Below, in pieces: positions 53,163 through 64,000 of a stretch of 64,000 bases of DNA. Position numbers and translations under genes: made by a program. Under the pieces are notes generated by a model. That model was given only the letters and a program-made list of their open reading frames with translations, had not been told where the DNA came from and did no database searches. The stretch's first letter is position 1, and the number at the start of each line of letters is the position of its first letter. Origin of the DNA: Octopus vulgaris (Eukaryota). The stretch spans positions 104,904,001 to 104,968,000 of the forward strand of contig OX597820.1 of the NCBI GenBank assembly GCA_951406725.2. The letters run 5' to 3'.

Positions 53163-54197
53163 CTGGAGAATCAAATATGGTAATATATGATTTTTGGGAA
53201 ATTTGGATTATACTACTTGGCATTTTGTAAAGCCTCCAAATTCACAAAATGAAGAGAATTCAGTCAAAAGTAAAAAAAGACGACCCCTCTTTTGTTCTTT
53301 AAAAGCTTTAATTAAACAGCAAGTAATAAACAACAATAATAACAAAGATATTTAAGGGAGCATGAAATTCACAAAAATAGGGAAAAAATTGATGGACAGT
53401 ATCATATATTGGTAATTAAAAGTGACCCTGGCTTCAAAATTGAAGAAAGACATGTGTTGCTTATATCAATCGCAGTAATTTTATTGGTCTTCTGTATTTT
53501 ATGACCGCCCCCCTCGCAGAAGGATGAAAGGCAAAGTTGGCTTTGACAACATTTGAAATCAGAATATACACAGAATGGACTAAATACCAAAAGATATGGT
53601 TTCTCCTGTTCTAAGTTTGCCAATAAGTGGTTAGAATTTAAGAAAGAAAAATTATATTCATGTTCAATTAGAATATACCCTACATATTTTGAATAACTCT
53701 CTGGGAATTACAAACAACTCTGATTTGAATGAGTTGGTTGTGCTTACGAGGGAGAGGTCATAAGAAAATTGCCGAAATATATATATATAAAACCATAAGC
53801 CTTTCACATTCACAATTTGGATGTCTATCCACCTACACTGACAACATTTTTTTTATCACTCAGCTGTGTTATAAATAGTAAACTCTGCCAAAGTTCAAAC
53901 TATCATCTAAAAAAAGCAGAGAATAATTATATGTCACAGATCTGCTCAATCAAAGCTAACCCTGGAGAAGCAGGGGAAGTGATAAACAAAATAACAACTA
54001 CATACTGGTGTTAACAAAGAAGTGTGTTTACAAAGAAGTAGGATTTTCATCAGAAATCTGCCAAATATTTCCTCTTCTGAAAAGGGCAAAATATTAAACA
54101 GGAAAAGAATAAACTACAGGTCATAGACCACAGTAGTTTAGAACAAATTATAAAATGTATAATTATACATATGTGCATACATGTATTTGTATACACA

Positions 54198-54257
<60 letters not shown>

Positions 54258-54289
54258 TATATATATATATATGTATACATCTGCACATG

Positions 54290-54323
<34 letters not shown>

Positions 54324-54438
54324 CACAATTGTCACTAAAAGTGACTAAGGGTGCAAGTCAGCACCAGCAATGCTAGAAATAAGAGTCAAAATAACTCTTA
54401 GCCATGAACAAGGATTAATTCTATCCAATGTGTGTGTG

Positions 54439-54506
<68 letters not shown>

Positions 54507-54974
54507 TATACTTTCATTATTTTACTGGTTTCAGCCATTGAACTGTGGTCATTATGGGGCAATAGCAGGAAAGGTTTAGTTGGTCCAATTGATTTCAGTT
54601 TGGTACTTATTCTACTAGTTTCCTTTAGTTAAACTGCTAAGTTACAGGGACACAAACAAGCTAACACTTGTCAAATTGTAAGAGACAAACTTAAAAACAC
54701 ACACATGTATGACAGACTTCTGTGCAGTTTTCATCTGTTAAATATACTCACAAAAAGACATTTGCTCAAAGTGCTTTGGCATAGAACTGAACCGGAAACC
54801 ATGTAGTTGTAAAGCTAACTTCTTAACCACACAGCCATACCTGCACCTATATATGTCTGTGTGTGTGATTTCTCAACCTGGTAAAAATAGCAGCCAAATA
54901 TTCCTCAAATAACAACCAATTGTCCTTAAAAAAATGTATTGGATAATTTTGTTCCAGATATACTATATCATATT

Positions 54975-55006
<32 letters not shown>

Positions 55007-55195
55007 TGTGTGTGTGTGTGTGTGTGTCAAACAGTGGAAATGAGCACTCAACACTGTATTGGTGGATATAATTTCTTTACTTGTGGGTTAAGACTACCAG
55101 TGGTCTTATGTTAAGAAAAGGAGGAAAATATCCAAGCGTCTTAAAAATTTTCCAAGCCGATCACATGGAGAAATGTGTTTGCCTCCATTTTGGAA

Positions 55196-55231
<36 letters not shown>

Positions 55232-55869
55232 CTTTCGTTCTTTTACTTGTTTCAGTCATTTGACTGCATTCATCCTGGAACACCACCTTGAGGGGTTTTA
55301 GTCAAACAAATCAAACCCAGAATTTATTTTTAAGCCAAGTGCTTATTCTATCAGTCTCTTTTGCTGAACTACAAAGTTACAGGGATGTAAACACACCAAC
55401 ACCGGTTGTCAAGTCTTGATGGAGGGGGGGAACAAACAAACACAAAGACACACACACACACACACACACATATATATGTATCTATGTATATATACATGAC
55501 GGGTTTCTTTCAGTTTCTGTCTACCAAATCCACTCACAAGGCTTTAGTCAGCCCAAGACTATAGTAGAAGACACTTGCCACACAGTGGGACTGAACCCAG
55601 AACAATGCAGTTGTTAAGCAAGCATCTTACCATGTGGTTGGTATAGAAGCTATTTACCACACAGCCACAACTAGAAGAAACATGGAATGTTCATGGCTGG
55701 AATGTTTCAGTTTACTCAGAGCTGAGCTGGGATTAAACAACAACCAAATGATGTTGATGGTGATAATCATAATGACAAGAATCACAATTCCATTGAACCA
55801 TAAAGAGAAAAGTGATCCGGTCTGTGAGATATTTTATAGTGTCATTCAAACCTCAAGCAAAGCTTGAAC

Positions 55870-56180
55870 TGGAGCAAGGTATAAACTGACATTATTGTGG
55901 CTGACTAGTTGACCTTAAGTGATATCTCAGCTGATTTAGTGACACACATTTTTGAGGTCACACTAAATTATAGTTAAATGTACTTTAGTGGTTCTAAATG
56001 ACAAATAAGCTGTTCAAACACATGTGTGTGTTTGAACAACTAATTTGTCATTTAAAGCTACTAAAGTACATTTTACTTTAATTTAGTGTGACCCCCAAAA
56101 ATGTGTGTCACCAAATTAGCCAAGACATAACTTAAGGTCGGCCAGTCAGCCAAAATAATGACAATTGACATTTTGCTCCA
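55870..56180. repeat. Intronic imperfect palindrome, ~155-bp arms, almost no loop
   Basis: tggagcaa...gtgacacacatttttgaggtcacactaaatta...ttcaaacaca / tgtgtttgaa...taatttagtgtgacccccaaaaatgtgtgtcac...ttgctcca. Confidence 0.9.
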
Positions 56181-56244
<64 letters not shown>

Positions 56245-56352
56245 CACACACGCGCACACACACATTAGAGACCAAAGTAATGTCTTTCCCATGAAAATTG
56301 GACAGCACATCTATCTAACAGTTCATTGTTAATTTTACTGTCAAAGTATTTA

Positions 56353-56530
56353 CGAGTGGGTGCTGAAAAGAAAATACCAGAGGATCAGTTAATTGCGATT
56401 TTATTTAACATAATCCCCTCGCAGATTCAGCAGTGCTTCGAGTTTTTTGGAGCTCTGTAAGAGAATTCAGAAATTTGGACCTCCAGCCAGGCCTTTTGCG
56501 ATACCCAGGAACTTTTCAGCACCCACCTCA
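56353..56530. mobile_element. Short mariner-derived MITE
   Basis: TA-cgagtgggtgctgaaaag ... cttttcagcacccacctca-TA. Confidence 0.75.
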
Positions 56531-57977
56531 TATAGACATACACATAAGTCTGTATATTTGTATGTATCTATCTATCATACATTTGTATATATCTGTAAGA
56601 TTGATAAATAGATGCTTGTTTTTATGTAAAGTTATCTATAAAGATAGTTAAACACTAAATTGAAGGATCACAATACAACACTTTTCAGTGAAATGCCATA
56701 TTTATTTTTACAAGGAAATGGTAGACAGTGTTGGCATCAGATTATCTAATGATTGTAAGTAAACCAAAATTCAATGGCACTGACAATCTTTTCCATGCAT
56801 GTATGTGTATATATATATATGCATTTCAAAGAGATGTGAACCCTTATAAGTTGCATCAGAACTTTCCTGTCTAAGAAGGCAATATCTCTGAATAAAAATT
56901 GACATGGGATAGAGTGGACACCTCAAACAGTCTCTCTGGTGACAGTTGCACTATAAAATGTACTTGTTACACTTAGTAAGACATACACAACAGAATTGGC
57001 TAGTTTTGCTCTGTTCTTGCATGTACTAGGTGACAAATGACTGTAGCAGTTGGCAAGATATTTTAGATTCCTCCAGCCCATGTCAATATGGAGAAACGGA
57101 CATATGACGATGATGATAGGTTCATATACAATAGAATTAGGTAAAAAGTCATATTTTACATGAAATACCCTATAAATGAAAATATCAACTTATAATAATC
57201 AGAAATATACATATCCAGTGATTAAATTGCATCACAGTCATGTTGTCAACGAAGTGACAGCTTAAAAGCATATCTTATGTTACAAAAAAAAATTGATCTA
57301 ATAAAGAATAAGTAAAAAAAAATTACTAGTAAATATTTTATATATATTAGCAGTATTAATACTGAGAGGTAATATTTATCCACACTTAAATGAAGATGTT
57401 CTGTTAGAACAAACTATACTGTAATTGTTAGCATGAGAGAAACTCTCATATTGGCTTTTGGTACAAAATGCACTCTTTCTTATATCAAATCCCACTACCT
57501 CCAGTACCAAGACTACCAGAACAGATGATTTCGACCTTGTTTGGTCTTGTCAATGATGGACACTCAAGCATTAGAGGCAGTAGTGATTCATCTCCCTGCC
57601 AGCAATATATAGATTGACAGTGCCAGAACAGGTGCTGACATTGCAATTAGCCAGCATGAACATATACATAGGTGGAGGCATGGCTATGTAGTTACATATA
57701 TATGTAGTGGGGAGTGTCTCCTTGTTTTGACATCATGTGACAATTGTAAGCAAGTGTCATCATCATACAGACAGTGTCATTCATTTTCAAATTTCCATGA
57801 AAACATGTCCAGTCATGGGGGAAATATTACCAACTTGGAGACGAATGAGGGATGGTGACCAAAAGAGCATCTAGCCACAGAAAATCTGCTTCACATTAAT
57901 TCCATCTGGCCCATGAAAGAATGGAAAAATGGGCAACGAAATGACGAAGATGATGTAGATATATATAAAACACCACA

Positions 57978-58304
57978 TTATTCAATGAATTCTTTTTTAA
58001 TACAGTATGGTATGATTTTTAGTAGATTTGGCTGCTATTTCTAACCAGTTAAGCAGCTGATCAGTATTTTTGATACAATGAGCAAATATTCTAAATTGGT
58101 GTGTGTGTGTATACATATACACACACACACACACATATATAACATATATATATATACACACACACATACATACACACACATACCAGTTTAAAGTATTTGC
58201 TCATCATATCAAAAATATGGATCAGTTGCTTAACTGGCTAGAAATAGCAGCCAAATCTACTGAAAACCATACCCTGCTGTATTAAAAAAGAATGCATTGA
58301 ATAA
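57978..58304. repeat. Intronic inverted repeat, ~130-bp arms (~15 mismatches), CA/TG/TA spacer
   Basis: Manual alignment of 57978-58108 against the reverse complement of 58174-58304. Confidence 0.92.
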
Positions 58305-58406
58305 CATTGTCCAAGGTCCACAAGGCTTGAAGAAAGCAAGATAATTTGGTCAGGTTTTAATCACTTTTGATCATACACTTGCTCAATCAGGACCAAGATA
58401 GAATTA

Positions 58407-58691
<285 letters not shown>

Positions 58692-59615
58692 TCAATAACA
58701 CTGTAATGTGCCACGTAAAAATCAGGAGCCAATAAAAGCATCATCACATGGTTGTTCAATCTGCTAAATCTTATTCAAATCACCTCCTGTAGTTTTACAA
58801 AAGGAAGGATACATTGGACAATGTAAATAGTGTAGTTTCTGATACACATAAAAAGAAGAGATGATCTGTTTATTGCTGGAAAGGTTCTGATCATAAGTTT
58901 GTTCAATCAGGACTGACCTAGGGCTAAACAACTCATCTGTCCAAGTAATTGCAAATATGTGCCATAAGTAGATATTTGATGAAAAGAAGACTTCTATGAG
59001 AGGTTCTGAAGGGCTGGTATAGTACTTCATTTAGGTTTCATAGCATGAAGTGAATGAAAGATAAAATCTTCTCCTCGATAGAATACCAACCCCAAATAAC
59101 TTGGTACCTAAGTCTGCTAGTAAGGCAAATTGACATTGTTCTGCCTTAAAACATAACAAAATGCCATGAACTGCTAGCCCAGTACTTTCTTAACTCAGCC
59201 GTCTTAACTCTCGTGAACTGAGTTTAGCTCACAAGTGTAAGGGGAGGGAGCACTATAATTGATGAATGTTGTTTTTTAGCTTGCAGTGCGGAGTTCAAGT
59301 TCTTTTGTGGGCCATTTGAAGGTAGAAGGAAATAGCTGTGCATTTTCTTTCCAAGAAGTCTGGAGGGAGAAGAGAAGAAGTAGGAGGAGGAAGAGAGAGA
59401 GAAAGAGAAGAAAGGAGAAGAAACAAGAGGAAGGAGAAGAAAAAAGAGGAAGGAGAAGAAAAAGAGGAAGGAGAATAAAAAAGAGGAAGGAGAACAACTG
59501 AATTAACCAGCTAAACTGTTGACCATAAAATGCCAAATGTTGACTGCATACAAAATAAAATACACACACCAAAAACAATGCAAATAGCAGAGAGAGAGAA
59601 ATTATTGAAGCTTAC

Positions 59616-59739
59616 AGTTCTCATTCTCTTGTCAGTACATTCAAGGGCAAGGATCTTCGCTAACCGGGTCACTTCTTCTGAGGCCTCAGCTATAGCTTTA
59701 GCAGTTGCAATCAAATCTTTCTTGCTTCCACCTTCACCT
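59616..59739 (-). CDS. VCL: Vinculin internal coding exon (tail domain, helix 3 region), phase 2 to 0
   Basis: Translates (R)[41 protein letters not shown], matching the invertebrate vinculin tail. Acceptor ttttgttcatccaccag, donor ACT|gtaagc. 124 nt = 1 nt + 41 codons. Confidence 0.96.
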
Positions 59740-62700
59740 CTGGTGGATGAACAAAATAAAGATGTCATGTAACAACACAAAGAACATTGAAATTAATTTT
59801 TCAGTCAAAAATTTAAGTCAAAAGTCACAAAAAAATTTTAAAAGCCTAATTGTTAAAAAATGTAGAATCTATAAAATAAAATAGCTAATATTTAATATAT
59901 AAAGACTTACTGAACAGTTACCCAAATTCAGTTATTTCTACAAATTTATTATCATCATCATCTCCAATATTATTATTGCTGTTAGTAATTAATTAATTTA
60001 ATTTTCATAATGGTTTTTTTCAATAAGCTGCGACTAAGCTGGAGCACCACTTTCAAGGGTTTAAACCAGTCATACTGACCCCAGTATTAATCTTAGTCAG
60101 GTACTTCTTTTATTGATACCCATCTGTTGAACTGCTAAGTTATGAGGTATAAAGGAAATGCTAACATAAACTACACTGGTTTTTAGACTGTAAACACACA
60201 CACACACACACACACACTATGAAACTGAACAATCTCAGTCATTATTCAATAACATCTTAATATTTCTGGGAGTAGCTGTTACTGAATTAATAAACATTAA
60301 TCCTCTACTATCAACTTCATCTTTTGCCCTGTTATACAATGTTCTAATCGATATATCTTAAAAACATTTTCATTTCATTACCATAAAAATATATCTTTTA
60401 AAAAAGCAACTCAATTTAAAATACTACCCATGACCCTTTATAGGGAGTTTCATGACTGGTGAAAGGAAAGGAGAAATTTATTCTCAAACTAAAAACTTGG
60501 CCCAAAAGCTCACAACAGAATGGGGTCAGCTAAGGGTGCTCAAAGTGCCAAGTAGTGATGTTAGAATTGGTAGAGGATTAATTCTAACACCTAAGTAGGC
60601 CATAGCAGGAAAGAACCCGTACAGTTCCATCAATTTATTGCACAGTATTAGTATTCTATAAAAGAGACATCTCCAATAAATTAATGAAATATAATTTGTT
60701 CTGGAAAGTCATGAGAATTAGTGACTTAACAGATTTATAAAATTAGGGAAAATATTTTGGAGTTGAAGAAATTATTCACTTCATCTTTAATTATTTACCA
60801 ATTATTTGACAAGTATTCACTTTATTTTCTTTAAAAATTTTTTTTCTTTTTTTAATTTATATATAAACTGAAAATATTAAATAAAAATAGGATTAATTTT
60901 TTAAAAGAAAAAATATAACTTAAGCAAATTGAACAGAACTTGAAACAAAACAGAAAATCAAACTGTTTTTTTTTTTTTTTTTGCTAAGACAAAAAGTGAT
61001 AAGTTATGAATTAAAAAGCATATATTTTTTAATTTAAAAAATTTTTCTTTTAATTTTAGAGACTAATATTTATGTTTTTTGTCGTGCAAGTGATTCTCTG
61101 TAGTAAAGGGGAAAAAAATAATAATTAATACAATAAATAAATAAAATGCTGCCATGCAATAATCATCTTCAATAGTTTAACTTTAAATTTTAAACAGCTT
61201 TGATACAGTGAAAAAAATTTGTTGTGATATAATAAACATTTCTCAAAACAAACAAAATAAACTGAAAGACTGGAGGGGACGCAGAGCCAAATGGCCATAA
61301 ACATTTAAAAATAAAAAAAGAGGATTAGACAGTTTAGTGACATCAGGTAGGTTAGAGATTATGAAGAATAAGTTTGTGCATTAATCTCTGCATTTTTTTT
61401 TTTTTGTTTTTGGTGAAACAGCAGATATTATGTATACATTTGTGTATGTATTTTACAATATAGAAATGTCTTTGCATCTTTATATGTAGTTTAGCCCCAA
61501 GTCAGTTCTGCTTTAAGAGTGTGATTCTAAAATGGATGATATAGTGCCTGGATGGCATGAATGCATAGCAAGTATGTACTGCTGCTGGCTAACACCAACC
61601 AATCGGCTTTATACTAGATTCATGCTACAGAAATAACTGACCAAAAAGATATTCTATAACGTGCTTCTATTCCTGGCCCTCCCACCTTAAATCTGGATTC
61701 TAATGTTTTAAGATTTTTGTGTCTTAAAAAAATATGGTCTCTATTTCCAAAGGACTAAGAAGTTTTTTGAAGTAGATCTGGCTGCTACACTGAGCATAAT
61801 GAGCAACTCCATAGAAACTGGCTCACAAGTGTGCAAGGTGGTATTAATATGTGTCTCTGTGTATACACGTGAGGACTTGGCTGTGCACATGATGTGTATG
61901 TTGGCTAATGTGTTGTGTTATAACATGTGTATGAACACCTATTTGATAATATATCTTTTATCTCTTTTATGATGTGTTTCAGTCACATGACTGCAGTCAT
62001 GCTGGAGCACCACTGTTAAGGAGTATAAAAGCTATTAAGTAGCTTTCCAACAAACCCACAATACATTTATTTTCATAAATTCATATATTAAAGGACATCT
62101 TTATGTTTTCTGAGTTAAAATAGAAGCAGAGCACTAGAATCAGACCCAGAAATTAGTAAAATTGGGGAATGCTTGACTAAATACTTTCAGTAAGAATCTA
62201 AGAGTGATAAGAGTCAAACGTAATGATGACCAAAGAGTTGTATGTAACCTAAATCATTGGAAGTGGGCTGGGGGGTCTAAAATTAAATGACAGAATAAGA
62301 ATGACTAGTTGAATGTACAAAAGTGAATAGAATACCAAAGGGTAAAAAATGTTATGAGAGCCAAAGTGATGTGACTCAAAATGTATCAATTGCAGAGTAC
62401 AAAGAAATAAAAGCTAAGTGTAAAATGATATGGTGTTAGGAACTTCCATTGGAAAGAGAAGGCTGAAAGCAAGAAAACAGTAAATTAATTCTTGAGATAA
62501 TGTGTTTCTAATGATGGCTGGAGCAAATGCTTAAAAACTAGTTTGGAGAAACTTGTTTGTGTGTGAAATGGAGATTGAAAGTTAAAGAAAATCTCAGAAC
62601 AATATTGGTGTGCTACAATGATGTTTATATATAAATATTTTAAGTACAAGAACTGCATTCGTGATGTTGTTGAGAAGGATAAAGGTTAAAAGAAAGGATG

Positions 62701-63506
62701 TAAAGAATGCCTATGTGTAGTAGAGAGTAGGTTAGTAATGACAAGGCTAGATGTAGTGTACAAAGAACTAGTAAGATGATGTAGTTTAGTGTAAAATTTA
62801 AGAATAGCTCATGTGGAGTAATAATTGGCGAAAGACAGGAGAAAAACCAAAGAAAACAAGTGGAAGAGAGGAAGGTAAAGAAGAAAAAAGATGAAGAGGG
62901 CAGAATAGGAAAGAGAAACATAAATATGGAAGAAAGTTATATGAGAATTGATATTGAGAGAGAGAGTTATGAAATGGAACTGGAGTGAAGAAAGTGAGAT
63001 AAATAGAGGGAGGGGAAGAAAATAGGAGCCTGGAATGAGATTTTGATACTGAAGAGGAGGAGGATTAGAGAGTATTGAAATGAAATAGGGAAAAATATAA
63101 TAAAAAATGAGAGGGAGGGGGAGGAGAGGAAGAAAATATAAGCATAGAAGAAAGCTGATGATGATGATGGATAGTAGAAATAAAAAAGGATATGAGAGGG
63201 AATTAAGAAAGTGAGAGGAAAGTGATTAGGGATTAAGAATTGAGTTTAATTTACACTGTGTCTAAAGACTATTGAAATTGTTTGAATACATATGCCTTAA
63301 GTGTGATTATTACTACATATAGGGTTCTGCTGTTAATGGAAGATGTTGATGTGTGTGATGGTGTATATGATACATAGGTGGTTATACAAGATAAGGGGAA
63401 TCATCAGTACATGTACATGCTGATGAATATATATGCCTATTTTCAAGTATGTATGTATGTACTTAACAGTACTATTTTTTGCATGTGAGAGTATTTCGAA
63501 TACATA

Positions 63507-63542
<36 letters not shown>

Positions 63543-63547
63543 GATAT

Positions 63548-63746
63548 ATCAAAATAAGCAACAAGTATATCCAAGGTAGAGTAGTACAATTGTTTCATGC
63601 TACTTCATTTTATGAAACAATTGTACTACTCTACCTTGGATATACTAGTTGCTTATTTTGATTATAATCACTCCATTTAATTTATATGGATAATACCACA
63701 CAAAATTCTGGTGCCTTAAACTTAAGCACCATATTCATCTGAATCT
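63548..63746. mobile_element. Short non-autonomous repeat with internal fold-back, related to 52180-52310 and 51845-52155
   Basis: Near-perfect ~48-bp arms caaaataagcaac..tacaattgtttcat / atgaaacaattgta..gttgcttattttg. The downstream block matches 52208-52308. Confidence 0.75.
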
Positions 63747-63957
63747 ATATATATATAAGCATATATATATACATGTGTGTGTGTGTGTGTAGCATCATCC
63801 TCATCATCACTTAACATCCGTTTTCCATGCTGGCATGGGCTAGATGGTTTGACAGAAACTGACCAGCTGAAGAGTTACCCAGGCTCCTAAAGCCAACCAC
63901 TTTACAATGGCAGCTGGGTGCTTTTACACAGTACCTTTACGGGTACTTTTTACATGG

Positions 63958-64000
<43 letters not shown>

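Noticed and set aside
57515-57562. Hammerhead-like UUGACAA-GACC..GGUC-GAAA on the vinculin sense strand
   Set aside because: U3-A8 could be compensatory, but stems I and III do not form convincingly. More likely a decayed repeat copy.
62400-63240. Purine-rich block possibly from an old Penelope copy on the minus strand
   Set aside because: Too degenerate to support by eye.
59740-64000. Further upstream vinculin exons
   Set aside because: No segment translating to the preceding vinculin sequence (WSSKDN..AAAK..MA) was found; it presumably lies beyond the window.

Overview
AT-rich, microsatellite- and transposon-dense eukaryotic DNA. The repeat content (two tRNA-derived SINE families, (AAT)n/(TA)n/(CA)n arrays, Helitrons, Penelope, mariner) is most consistent with an octopus genome; this is an inference. 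The only host gene I can support is the 3' end of vinculin on the minus strand. Its three constitutive exons (59616-59739, 58442-58532, 46223-46389) splice in frame to give the conserved vinculin tail through the stop codon. Inside the 12-kb phase-1 intron that falls in the H4-H5 loop of the actin-binding tail I find three frame-preserving candidate cassette exons of 39, 6 and 12 nt. Each has AG/GT sites and a downstream (U)GCAUG, and the two smallest have UGC motifs next to the 3' splice site, which suggests a combinatorial neural microexon programme. Bases 1-41000 are a nested TE graveyard: Tx1-like LINEs, mariner, DD37D, hAT, a head-to-tail Helitron chain, Penelope, RTE and MITEs. This region also contains a candidate type I hammerhead ribozyme and a ~99% identical 372-bp foldback. 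All alignments were done by eye; no database search was run.
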